A stretch of DNA of 64,000 nucleotides from Cycas panzhihuaensis. Taxonomy: Eukaryota; Plantae; Cycadophyta. Shown piece by piece: positions 1 to 13,178 of this stretch (position 1 is its first letter; the number at the start of each line of letters is the position of its first letter). Where the stretch lies: positions 168,833,741 to 168,897,740 of the forward strand of contig CM041465.1 of NCBI GenBank assembly GCA_023213395.1. Reading direction: 5' to 3'. A model generated the notes under the pieces. That model did no database searches and had not been told where the DNA came from. It worked only from the letters and a program-made list of their open reading frames with translations. Made by a program: the position numbers and the translations under genes.

Positions 1-1457
1 TATGGAACAAATGGCAACTACTTAATGAGATGGTGCCACTTGTCATATTGAAGAAGAAAGGGGGAGATGATACATGACCCTTACAAGGGACTTTTGATAT
101 CCTAGATAAAACATTAGCCTAGATAAAACATTACCTTTTACATTCATCACTTAATGCTATTAGTAAACTAAGTGGTGCTACTTCAACAATCGGGTATAAT
201 CTATGCTATATTTGTTTACTTTCTATACTACTTATTAAATACTCATTACATTTTGATATTTTTATCAACTTAAGAAAAGGTTCTACTTTAGAATTTTAGG
301 TTTTATATACAACCACTTTGTTTTTCAAAAGGATAATTAGTTATTTCTTTTATCTTGCATACATTGCCAAAGAAGCTATTTCATTCTACATTAACATAGA
401 AGGAATTTTTTATTTTACTTTAACTCCTCATTACTTTTGAAAGCTTCAAGATTATTTGAAAAATATCATTACTTATCTATCTATTTATCATTAAAAGCAA
501 TTAAAGTTTAGTGTTGCATTGTTTAAAGTATTAAAGGAGCATATAGATCTTTGCTTTCTTTCTACATCATATCAAGCTAAAAACCCAGGTTGTATATCAT
601 CTAGTCTTCCTTCGCTTAATTGAAAAGGAAAAGGTTTATTATTTCATTCACTTGATTTAGTAAGATTTGAAGAAAAAATTGTTGCATATATTCTTTCAAA
701 AGTTTGAAAGATATCTCTATTTCATATAAGTTGATCTCTATTGTTTATTATTTATTGTTCTCTTACTTAGTGGATTTATTTTCCTTTTAGTTACTTTATT
801 TCTGGTATAAAAGGAATGTTTTTAAACCCTAAGTAAGACCACAAGTTTTAATTAATATATCATCACATTAAAAAAGATAACTCTCAAAGCAATTACACTT
901 GTTTTCAACCTTGTAAGGGGAATGGTTAGGACCCCTAAAGTTACCACCATGCACACACTGACTGACCTACTCATATTGGATGAGGAAATCCATTAGCTAT
1001 AAGGTGTATTAGGTGGAAGGCTAAGGTGAAGAACTTATCCTTATTTAGTGTTTGGAGACCAAGGCTAGACTTAGATAGGGTGAGTATCTTGGTTCATGTA
1101 ACCTTCACCACTAGATCTGTCACTAAGCATAAGTCCAATGTAGGTGGATCCACAATTTAATAAGATGTAAAAACCTTTATAACAACTTGCATACTAAGGT
1201 ATATCAAACCTTGAGCTCATGTACCAGTATATTGGGTCCCTGTTTTACCACTTGTAGGCAGGTGCCACTAAACAGAATAACAACTAAAGGTTTCCCTTAG
1301 AGACCCCTAAATTTAGAGCCTAGAAGCCTTATTAGGGACTAGTTCACTTTGAAAACTTTGGGTAAAACTTAGGATATTAACAATTGGTTCAAATTTCAAA
1401 TTCAAACACTTGTAAAGCTCATTTTATTTATAGTTAAAAAAAAAAACTTTAGCAAAA

Positions 1458-4400
1458 ATAGCCTCAAGCTTTGGTAATATGATTATTCCTAAATTCGATG
1501 GGAACAACTTCTTGAATTGGAGTAGGAGGATGAGACCCATCCTCATAGCTAACAAGATGTAGGAGATTGTGAAATCATGGTATAATGAGTTAAGTCTGAA
1601 TGCAACAAATGCAAAAAAATCCACTTATAAATAAAATGTCAAAAAGGATAATGAGGCTCTCACACTCATATTTTATGCATTAGAAGACCATGTTTTCCCT
1701 TTTATTAGCGAATCCATCAAATTAAAAGAAACATGAGACATACTTTAGTTGATCTATGAAGGAGTTGAATCCTCTAAGCTCCAAAATCTTAGAAGTAAAT
1801 TTGAGAACTTATATATGAGGCCTATAAAATCAGTAATTGAGTTTATGACTAAGGTGCAGGATATAGTCAACCAGATGAGGTCTCTTGGGGATACTTTAAC
1901 AGAATAAAGGGGGTTGAATAAATCTTAAGATGTGTTAGTGCTGTTAGAAGATTTGAAATAGTTTCCACAAGCATAGGTGTGCCAAAGGACCTAAGTGAAT
2001 TAAAAGTAAAACAACTAAGTGCTATGCTTATGTTAGTCAAAGAATAGTAAAATGCTAATGAATTGCTTGAGCATGCCTTCATTACTAAGGCTAGAATTCA
2101 ATCAAGTTCTCAATAAAAAACTTCAAGATCTAGGGAATCACCTTCAAAGAGAAGGGATAGGAGCCCTAGAAGGGATGTTATACAAGACCATCCTAAGTAT
2201 TAAGCCCCACATCAAAGGAGGTAAGGAGGACATAAATAAAATGAGAACCCTCTTAGGTACCCAAACCAAAGAAAATAATTTGAAGGACATACATGTTGTC
2301 CAAATTGTCAAGGCAATGCTCAATCATCAAGGTCAAATTAGGATTATTATGATAACAGATAAAGTTAAAATCCTCTTCCATATTCTAAGGAAAGGGGAAG
2401 ACCTTCCAATGTTGATAGATATTATCCACGAAACAAAAGTTTGAGCTATGAAAGGAGAGATTCTTTATATTATTCCTATTGCCATAGAAGTAGTCATTCA
2501 AAAGATAAGTGATTTTCTAAATATGGACCACCCACCAAAGGAAGTGCTCATAATACAATAGAATTAAGGAATAATAATAAGTTATTTTTATCTAGCTTCA
2601 CTTCCAAGGAAGAAGAGGATAATAGATGGTATATTGGATTGGGTTATTTAACCCATATGACCTATAAAGAACACCTATTTCAAACATTGGATAAAAGCAG
2701 GAAAAGATCCATAATATTTGGAGATAATACCTCCAACAAATCAGTTGGTAGAGGTAATATAGCCATCATGACGAATATAGGAGAATATAGATGCTTGCTG
2801 ATGTCTTGTATGTCTGAGCTTTAAAGAAAATTTATTATATATAGGGTAGATGATGGGATAAGACTACAAAGTTATATTTGATAATGATTAGTATGTAATC
2901 AAAGTTAAAAGGAGAAACAAAGTTATATTAACAAGAGGGAAGATGACCAAGGATCGATTATTCAAACTCATTCTTACTCCTTCATATACCTATGCCCTAA
3001 GAACTAAAACTAAATTAGATAGTGAATTATGGCAAAGGAGATTTGGACATCTTAATTATAATAGTTTGGCCCTTATAAAGTGAATGGATATGGTAAATGG
3101 ATTACCACATATTAAAGTGAATAAAAGCCTATGTGAAGGATGTCTTCTTGGTAAAGACCATAGGGAAAGCTTTCTAGACTTCAGTCATTGAGCATCGGGT
3201 CCACTTAAACTGGTATATATAGATATCTTTAGTCCAATGAATATTCCCTCATTAGTATGTGCTCTATACTTCATCACATTCATAGATGATTTCATAAGGA
3301 AGACATGAGTATTCTTCCTCAAATATAAATTAGACGCCTTTCAACACTTTGTTGACTTCAAAACCTTTATGGATCGACAAAGTGGATATAAGTTACTATC
3401 CTTAAAATCAGATAATAGGGGAGAATTTATCTCCAATGCATTCAAGGATTATTTTATTCACCATGTCATTAAAATACATCTCACCAATCCCTACACCCCA
3501 TAGTAAAATGGTGTAGTAGAAAGGAAAAATCATACAATAGTCGAAATGGCTAGGTGTATGTTAAAAGACAAGAATTAAGGATATAAATTTTGGATTGAAG
3601 CAGTACATATAGCTATATATTTACTTAATAGGTGCTCCACTAAATCCCTTAGGTGTAAAACTCCTAAAGAAGCTTGAATTGGATACAAACCAAGTATATA
3701 TCATCTTAGAGTCTTTAGATGCCTAGCCTATGCTCACATTCCTGATTAATACAGATTTAAATTAGATGATCATAGTATTAAATATATATTCCTTAGTTAT
3801 AGTGAAACATACAAGTCATACAAGGTTTGTGACCCCAAATAAAAAAGGGTCATGTTAAGTAAAGATGTTAAATTCCAAGAGGATGCTTATTATCAAGACA
3901 TTCAAAAAAAAAATAAGGAAGTTGCAATCAATTTTGATACATCATCTAAATCCAAATATGTGCCTCCTATGTTTAACTCTAGAAGAGTCATCAATGAAGC
4001 TAGTGGGGAGGGAACTTCCTTTCAACTTCCACCACAAAATCTACCAAAATGGGTTCATTGGAATCATGACTTAGGCAACATATTAGATAATAATCATAGA
4101 TCCACACACTCACATAGGGTTAATTTTGCCCTCATGAGTAAAGTACTGGAAATCTATGAGCCTCAAACTTTTGATGAGGTAAATAAACATGCATGTTGGT
4201 AAAAGGTAATGGAAGATGAGTACAACTCTATTGTTAAAAATGACACTTAGAAGTTAGTCAATCTACCTCCAAAGAAAAAGGCTATTGTCACCAAATAGAT
4301 CTACAAAACCAAGTTTTGTTTAGATGGCTTTATTGACAAATATAAGGCTAGATTGGTTGCTAAGGGTTATGCCCAAAAAGAATGCATTGAATATACTAAA

Positions 4401-5699
4401 ATTTGTATCTCTATTTCTTAGATGGAAATGGTTAGAATGATGATGAGCTTCAGAGCCCAAATTAGTTGAAACATTTACCAAATGGATATTAAAAGTGCCT
4501 TCCTCAATGGCTATATTGAAGAGGATATTTATGTTGCTTAACCCCTTAATTTTAAAGTCAAGGGGATATAAAACAAAGTGTATAAACTGAAAAAGGAACT
4601 CTATGGATTAAAACAAGCACCCAGGGCTTGGTATTCGCATATAGATAAATACTTTAGAGATTAAGGGTTTGAAAGATACCAAGAAGATCCTAATCTGTGC
4701 ATTTAAATCAAGGGAGATTTAATACTAATATTAGGACTTTATGTGGATGACCTTGTGTATATTGGAAATGACTCCCACTTGTTGCAACAATTCAAAAATG
4801 CTATGTGTAAAGAATTTGAGATGATAGATTTGGGGCTAATGCATTACTTCCTAGGGTTGGAAGTATGGCAAGGCAAGAAGGGTATTTTCATTTCCTAATG
4901 GAAATATACCTTTGATTTATTATAAAAGTTTAGGATAACCAATTGTAAACCATTGGCAACTCTAGTAGAAACTGGAATCAAGCTCTCCAATTCAAATGAC
5001 TCTACATTAGTTGACCCTACACTTTACATATAACTTATTGGTAGTTTGTTATATTTGACATCCACTTAACCTGATATAACACACTCAGTTAATGTTGTGT
5101 CTAGGTTTATGCAAGATCTAAAGACCACCCATTAACAAATAGCAAAGAGAATTCTCCATTATCTCAAAGAAACTCTAGAATATGGGTTATGCTATAAAGC
5201 TTCTCAAAAATTTTAGTTGACTAGTTGTACAGACTCATATTGGGTAGGAGACATTGATGACAAGAAATTAACAATAGGTTATATGGTTAGTATGGGATCA
5301 ACAGCTATAGCATGGAGTGCAAAGAAAAATAACATAGTTTCCTTATCTACAACTGGGGTAGAGTACAAAGTAGTAATTACAGGTGCATATAAATCAGATT
5401 GGTTGAGAAGACTACTATAAGATTTTTAGCTAAAATAGAAAGGTCCCACCAGAATTTAGTATGACAATTAGAGTACTATTTAGATGGCAAAAAATCTAGT
5501 TTTCCATGGTAGAACAAAATACATCGATACTCAACATCACTTCATTTGAGAACTAGTACAAATAGAAGAAATTAAATTGGCCTATTGTAGCACTAAAGAC
5601 TAAACAACGAATATATTCACAAAGGCATTGGGTAAAGTTAAATTCTAGAAATTTAAAGACAGCTTAAGATTTATTCACATTGGGCATTATGGAGGAGAA
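1458..5699 (+). mobile_element. Degenerate Ty1/copia internal region (gag-PR-INT-RT-RNaseH), Ivana/Oryco-like; many stops and frameshifts
   Basis: Manual translation gives gag N-terminus (I)ASSFGNMIIPKFDGNNFLNWSRRM (start ATG decayed to ATA), protease-region WY/HMTY..IIFGDN, GAG-pre-integrase LWQRRFGHLNY, integrase FIDDF/P**NGVVERKN, RT KYKARLVAKGY, YQMDIKSAFLNG, LYVDDL, and RNaseH DSYWVGDIDDKK..IAWSAKK. Domain order INT-RT-RH is copia. PPT GGAGGAGAA at 5691-5699. Lineage assignment is inference. Confidence 0.93.
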
Positions 5700-6027
5700 T
5701 ATTAGGATACTACCAATGTTCATTTATAGATGTATACCTAGGCCCCTCAAAGCCACCTTTGGGGTTCCCTAGGGTACCTTGGGCCACATAACAACTGTTA
5801 GGAGCCACCCATGTGCCAAAGCACTTCTATTAAGGTATATACTCATTTATTTATTTTATTTTTTAATACTAATTCAAAATCATATGTAGGTTAGTTTTAG
5901 GTGCTTGTCGCCTCTCTAAAATCATCTATAAAAGGGGTAGGAATACCTCCTTAGTGTTTCTTAACACTGCCCTCTATTCATCAGAAATTTTATACTAAAG
6001 AGCAATAATGCACTCGCCAATGTGAAG
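5700..6027 (+). repeat. Putative start of the copia 3' LTR, probably interrupted at ~6028 by another element (TGTCACACC...)
   Basis: Immediately follows the PPT, begins TATTAGG (TGTTAGG with G>A) and contains TATA-like CTATAAAAGGGG near 5926. No matching 5' LTR start found in the window. Confidence 0.4.
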
Positions 6028-7755
6028 TGTCACACCTCATCCTTCAAGATCCATTATGAGAAGATGAAATAAAGAACCAAAAGCTTATAATATCTAGGCC
6101 TTAGTAGGTAGGGGATTAAAAATATATACAAGTAAATACATGCTCTAGACTTTAAATAATAAGATTACAATACTTTATAGGTGAAATATTCTTTAAAGAA
6201 GAGATGGATCATTACATTCTTAATCTATTACGGAGAAATTAGTATTTTAGTAATACCATTAAAAGTTAATTAATTTATTGTTATTAAAAAGTTGGTATTT
6301 TTAAATTAATATAAAGCTATTTTTTATATTAGGACTTAATATTTTATTATTTATATTATTATTGAAGTTAGTTTTTTAAGAATGAGTCATATTAGCACCT
6401 ATAAATAGGGGACACCTCTATTCCATTATGTAAGTTTTACTTTTTAGGTTAATGTTAATTTTGATTAGCACTTAGTGCTTAGGGTAATTGTTCCTATTTA
6501 GCTTTTCTTTTATCTTTAATGAAGTATATTTGTTTTAGGATTGCTTCACTATCTTTGCCTACATTTCAATACCCTTGAGTCCCTTTGGTCTCTAACCTTT
6601 ATAAGCCATATCCTTTGGTACCTAGATATGGAATCAAATTCTTCAAATAGAATTTATCTTATTATAGTTTATGTACCTATAACTCTAGCTCCATATTCCT
6701 TGATTATAACTTAAGGAACATGTCCCTAGTTTAGATGAATATCATCAAGTAAACCCTCTCTTGATTGTAGAGTGTCATCTAGATCCTAGTCCATGTAGTA
6801 TAAGATGTGGCTATTAACAAATGATAATATAGAATTAAGGGACTATCTCATAGCTACCTTTATTGGTGTAGCCTTTCTTACACCAAGATAACATCCAAAG
6901 GGTGTTAATCCATGTCTAAGAGTAATTGTAAGAAAAATAGCTAGAGTCACTAGATATAGCTATTAAGATACCCATCTCTATTGTTTTTGCCCTCAACTCA
7001 TGTATAGACTCTTTGTTTATCCTTTCTTCTACTATAATTACCCCTTATCCCAAGACACTTGATAAGACACTATGGTTCCTCCTTAAGTTATAGTAGTTAT
7101 TGTAGAGATGGTTAAGTTAGTTGTCCCTATGGTTGTCTTAGCTCCTTTCCCTCTACATCCAAACCCCAAGTAATTTTAGTATAGGGGTCTTATATAAACT
7201 CCTTTAGAGATGTCTAATCAAGTGCTTATACTATAAGAGTTTATACCATCACCTCTCTTGGGCTATACCCTAATGTATACATGCTCCATTAGTTAATAAT
7301 CAAGCCATCTACTCTAAGCTCTCCCATCAACTATACCAACTGAGCTCTTATAATAAGAAAACCTCATAAGTTACTCATTGTCCTCCACCACTCTAGTGAA
7401 TACTCATAAGTTACTTTAATATAGATGTCACTACCATTGAGACCTAATTAAAACTTATGCCTCTCTCGTAGTCTATAATGATGGGTATCCATCCCTCCAA
7501 CACTTTAATATAGTTCTTCCTATTGGATATATATAATAAGATCACTAATACTATTACTTTGTGTACCAAAGGGATCTCTATTATATCATGTATAGCTTGG
7601 ATCTATACTCCATATCTTGACCAATGAACTAGTGAACCTATCAAGTGCTAAATCACCTCTATCTTAGACTCTCCAAAATCAAAAGTAAGGCTACCTATGC
7701 TTAGTAAAACTAATAAGTAAAAAGAATCATGAAGTAGACTTAATAATTAAATTTA

Positions 7756-7821
7756 ATATATATGTATATATGTGTGTGTGTGTGTGTGTATACATATGTA
7801 TGTATGTATATATATATATAT
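7756..7821. repeat. Short compound (AT)n/(GT)n microsatellite
   Basis: Directly visible dinucleotide repeats. Confidence 0.9.
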
Positions 7822-8128
7822 GAAAGAACATAAGGCAAGTACTGGATCAACTTATGAACACATGATACCTATTATAAAGGTGCCTTATATCTATGTTGTA
7901 AAGATAGATTGATCTTCAAAATTCTAGCTTATTACCAGGGAGGAGAGGCAAGTCAAGTGCATACCAACTAAGTTATATAATAAGAATGGGAGACTCGTCT
8001 CACAAGCCAAAACTAAGAAGTTGGCTCGTAGCAATAACCCAAGAGAGAGAAATAGATGACAAAAGAGAAACTAAAGCAAATAAGTAAAAGAGACTATGAG
8101 TAACTAAAGTAAACTCTATGCAATAAGT

Positions 8129-10839
8129 ACATGTGAAAGATCTCACAAGCTAAAGTAATAAAAGTGCAACAAGACCAACTTTAGTGATGAATCTAAATAA
8201 GAACACCAAATAGTATGTAATAGAAGAAATGAATGAACTACTACTAATTTTGAAATAAGCATAAAATAAGAGCAAGATTGAATAACCATCAAGAGAAGCA
8301 AAGTTGTAGCAATGAAAGGTGAGAAAAGAATCATAAAACAAGCTAAAACAAATGAAAAAACCTAGCTTTAAAAGTTGCAAGGAAACTAGACACATAGAAA
8401 ACTAAATAAGAAAGGAAAATATCAAAGAGGATGATCATAATGAACATTACTTACCAACGTTTTATTATTGGAATGAAATGAATAGAAAAATAGTGCTAAA
8501 TACACCAAAATAAAGTGTAACTAAAGCTAAGTAAAATTACCAACAAAATCCTTCAACAAGAAGCTTGTATAGAAAGATGAAAAGGAAGGATATTAAAGAT
8601 TCAAAAGCTAGAAAAAGTACCTAGTAGAAGAGCTCAAAAACCTACAAGTAACCAATAAGAGTAAAATCACTAAAAGCTAGAAAAGCCAAAAGCAAAAGCT
8701 AGAGAGCTAATAGATCTAAATCCAATGAGAGGAGGTGAAAAAATAGGCAATGTTAGTATATGGTTTTCATTGCAAAACCATGGTATTTTTGGCCCACAGT
8801 AATCTCTAACCTTAATAGGATTTAAAAACATGACGAAGCAAAGTCAAAAATATAAAACAAACTAGAGTTTTTTTTTTTGGTGTATAGAGGGCACCATGAA
8901 AATCTATTGGGTACTGGAAAATTCAATATATGTCACAAAATTTATTATGATGCCACAATTTTTTTTATAGTGTGCAATATTTATTCTTACATTGTACAAC
9001 ATTTTCTCATGCCATTTGACTAAATTTTATAGTGTGACTCTATGAAAAATGAAAATTTATACAAATGAAAACTCAAGTAAGACTAAAAATTTGTAAAATA
9101 GATGGGGAAATAAAAGATAGGGATGAGTTAGTTATTTCAAAGGAATTAAAACCTTTAGCCACTAAATAGTAAATATTTTAATTTCAATCATAGAAATCAC
9201 ATAAGATATGACTTGAAGCATAAATTATTCATATAATAAATGAATCACACCAAGTAGAGTAATAGAAAGAAAAGATGATACTAAGTTGCCATAAAGGCCA
9301 AAAATATAAGAAACAATACTAATATGGCTTGGGACCGTTTATTGATAGTAAACCATAAGTGTTGATAGTTTAGCCAAGTATCATATACTAGTAGTGATCA
9401 ATGTGTGTTGGCATGGTTAGGGACCATGTTTGCCACCACTAGTTCTAGCTCTAATATATTAACATATGAAAGATCTCACAAGCCAAAGCAATAAAAGTGT
9501 AAGAAGATCAAATTGAGTGATGAATCTAAATAAGAGAACCAAATAGTATCTAGGAGAAGGAATGAGTGAACCACTACTAATCTTTAAACAAACATAAAAT
9601 GAGAGTGAGATTGAATAGCCATCGTGAGAAGCAAAGTTGTAGTAATAAAAGGTAAGAAAAGAATCATAAAAGAAGCCAAAAAAAGTAAGAAAACTTGGCT
9701 TAAAAGGTTATAAGGAAATTAGAAGAACAAACAACTAAACAAGGAAAATATTAAAGAGGATGACCATAATAAACATTACTCACCATAATTTTATTATTTG
9801 AATGAGATGAATGAAAAAAAAGTAGCAAAAACACCAAAAGAGAGTGTAACCAAAGCTAAGTAAAAGTACCAACAAATTCCTTCAATAAGAAGCTTGTATA
9901 GGAAGATGAAAAGGTAGGGTATTAAAGATTGAAAAGCCACCAAAAGTACCTAGTATAAGAGATCAAAAGATTATAAGTAACCAACAAGATCAAAAGCACT
10001 AAAAATTTAAAAATCTAAAGAGCAAAATCCATAGAGCTAAAAGATCTGAATCCAATGAGAGGAGATGAAAAAATAGGCAATTGTAGTATATGGTTTTCAT
10101 TGAAAAACCATGGTACTTTTAGCCCATAGTATTCTCTATCCTCAATAGGATTTAAAAACATGATGAATAAAAGATAAAAGAGTAAAATAAAATGAATTTT
10201 TCTTTTATCTTTTTTTGGTGTATAAAGGACACCACAAAAATCTATTGGGTACTACAAAATTTAATAGATGTCACAAAATTTGTTATGATGCTGCACATTT
10301 TTTTTATATTGTGCAATACCTTTTTTATACTATGTAATGCTTTTTTATGGTATTTAACTAAATTTTGTAGTGTGACTCTATGAAACATGAAAATATATGC
10401 AAAAGAAAACTCTAATGAAACGTAAAAATTGTAAAATAGATGGGGGATGAGAGAGAAGGATGAGCTAGTACTTTTAGAGAAATGAAAGCCTTTAGCCACT
10501 TCATAGTAAATATTTTATTTTCAATCATAGGCATTGTTTAAGATAGGACTTAAGGCATAAGTTATTCATAGGACATATGAATTATACCAACTAGAGTAAT
10601 AAAAGAAAAAAAAGTGATAACAAGTTTGCCATAACGGCCTATAATATGTGAAACAATACTAATATGACTTAGAACCATTTATTGATAATGAACCATAAGT
10701 GTTGATAGTTTAGTTAAATATCATATATTAGTAGTGATCTATGTGTAAGTGACCATGTGTGATGAGATGGCACTAATTCAATTGGTATGGTTTAGGACCA
10801 TGTGTGCTGCCATTAATTCTAGCCCTAATATATTAACAT
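8129..10839. repeat. Diverged tandem duplication, two units of ~1.33-1.38 kb
   Basis: Units start ACAT(G/A)TGAAAGATCTCACAAGC at 8129 and 9462, align colinearly throughout, and both end CTAATATATTAACAT (9465 and 10839). Unit 2 has ~40 extra bp near 10750-10785. Confidence 0.93.
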
Positions 10840-11440
10840 TATGGGATGCCATGTGTAATGTGATATAATTAGATGAGCCATATAATATTAATGGATTGAG
10901 ATATAATAATCTTACTAGATGAGTTCTATTACTATTGATGTGCTATTATGATTTTGTTTTGATGATCAAGAATTAGATTGAGAGTTAAGAGTCTATAAAG
11001 AAATACTATTGTATTCATATCATATAATTTAAATCTTGGATAAATTTTCATGTTGAGCTTTGAATAGTTAGGTGGTGAATACCTCCAAAGAATCTAACTT
11101 TTCCACATAAAATATAAGTACTTATATTTTAATAATATGTGAATAATTTTATGGAACTACCTAATGATTATCTTATTCATACTTAGTTATTCCTATATGA
11201 GATATTACATATATTAAGATTAATACTTTGGTTATGAGTTTATTACATATTGTAAAGAATAGTTTTTATGTGCACTAATATCACATAGTGTGTTATTGTA
11301 TTCATAAGTTTCTAAGTTGTTGGCATGGTGTGTAGTGTGTTGGCTCTATAATTCATTATATGTGCACTCTCTACACTCAAGAAATCTTTAAGAAATTGTA
11401 TTTTCTTGGTATTAAAGTTCCCTTGAGAGAAGGGGATGTG

Positions 11441-11459
11441 CTTCAAGTTGGTGTCCAAA
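11441..11459 (+). promoter_or_regulatory. Possible LTR end (CTTCA) plus decayed tRNA-iMet PBS of an older host element
   Basis: CTTCA-AGT-TGGTGTCCAAA resembles ..CA-nn-TGGTATCAGAG. A weak gag-like KA*VRKL lies downstream. Confidence 0.3.
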
Positions 11460-11888
11460 TGAATTATTCTATTGATATGGGTAGTTAGAAGTTTGGGTCA
11501 TCATAAATTCATATTAGATTATCTTTAACTCCTAATATCATAGATTGGATAGTAGGAGTTAAAGCATGAGTAAGAAAGTTAGGTCTATTATAAGTTAATA
11601 TGAAAGCAAGTTTAACTTCCAATAGACATATTATGTGCTTCATGTCTTGATAGTATTGTATAAGAGTGAGAGCATTGGTTAGTTTGGTATGTGACATGTC
11701 ACACATGAGGCTACCAACTACTCAATAACTAAAGAGTAGAAATAGGGGTAAGAATAATAACTTTGAGATCAATTTCCATATTCAAAGGCATGGAAATGGC
11801 GAGTTAGTCTCCATGTTGACTTTAGACCTCTCTATATAGATTGAACTAATCAAAGAATTCACTAACATTCAATTATTAATTTATAATA

Positions 11889-12279
11889 TATTAAGGATGT
11901 AACCCCTAAATTACCTTCTCTTATATTCTCTTATATCTTCTACTTCTTCTCTCTTTTATCTTCTCTTATATCTTCTATTTCTTCTACTTCTTCCCTCTTC
12001 TTAATATCCCACATGCATAAATAGAAGGTTGTGTAGTGGTCATTGAGCACTATATATATATATATATATACCACATGCATAAGTAGGAGGTTGTGTAGTG
12101 AGCATAGAGCCATATATATATTTATGTAATCCTTAGAGTAGGGTATCTTAAATATCATTGTTGTTGCATATAATTGGGAGGTTGCTCCCTCAAAGGGTAT
12201 TATAATATAAGTGCTCTTTTTAGAGTTATTTGCATATTATATTGGTGTGCAATTGTTATTAAGGAGTGGTATCCTACCA
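11889..12279 (+). repeat. 5' LTR of chromovirus (391 bp)
   Basis: TATTAAGG...ATCCTACCA, colinear with 17536-17924. Contains an internal ~60-bp direct repeat and TTCTCTTATAT repeats. Confidence 0.93.
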
Positions 12280-13178
12280 AGTGGCATCAAAGTGGTCGAT
12301 CTATACCCTTTGGAAGAGTCAAATGTATTAAATAATTAATTTTTTTTCATCAGTTTTTTCTTGTCAGTACCTATTCTCATTTAATTCTAGCTTAGTTACT
12401 TTTGCTTTTTGGGGGTAGATAATATTGTAATCAAGTAGCTACCCTAACACTGCTGCCAGGTAGTTTTCTATTACATTTAGATAGAGACCCTGTGCTGGGG
12501 GTCTATAAATATCATGAGAATCTATCATTTTGGGCTAGGCACATTGTAGCTTTTTTGTCCCTTACATGAAATACTAGAGATCACACTCTTGAATCAAGCC
12601 TTAGATAGAACTTGGCTATAGAATTATGCCTCCACACACCTATGAGTATATAGGAGGATCCCTTAAATAAACCTTCCTAGTATAGGTAATCATAGGAAAC
12701 CTATTGACCATCTATATTTTGTAGTGCACCAATAAGCGGTTAGCCTTGGGAAGTTACTCTCCACATACCCTAGAGATGGGATAGTATGACTGTAGAGTAG
12801 AGCATTAGCCTCTGTAAGTTGATACTATTTACAACTAGAATTAGCATATCAGAGGGCCTATAAACTAGATAATCCCATACCTAGTAGACCTGGTCAATCT
12901 ATTAGTGGTTTATATACACCTAGTCAATTGATGAGTTAGTCATCATCAATTTGTTAAATCTATATATTTAGTTAGTTTGTTATTAATTTATCCATACATA
13001 GTTAGTAAGCTAGTTAACAGACCAAAAAAAGCAAAAAGTAAAAAGTAAAAAAATAAAAAGAAAAAAAAAATCATATTACCTCATTGTAAAAAATTAGGAA
13101 TAACAATCTATAAACACCCCATCAAATCCCTTTCATTCACATTTACCAATTAGGATTCAACTTAGTTCTTGTGAATAA

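Noticed and set aside
1-1395. 5' LTR and PBS of the first copia (..ATATTAACA-AT-TGGTTCAAA)
   Set aside because: Plausible by position, but the PBS is poor and I could not align 1-1382 with the sequence after the PPT beyond a ~16-bp similarity.
3495-3530. Fungal RIP as the cause of CpA>TpA changes
   Set aside because: TE lineages and PBS types are plant-like, and the younger LINE shows CG/CHG-first decay, which fits ordinary 5mC deamination.
6028-8128. Additional LTR element starting TGTCACACC with TATA CTATAAATAGGGG (~6399)
   Set aside because: No partner LTR, PBS or coding motif identified.
8143-8395. Hydrophobic short ORFs resembling membrane peptides (also 10192-10499, 24124-24361)
   Set aside because: Explained by T-rich strand composition inside repeats and LTRs.
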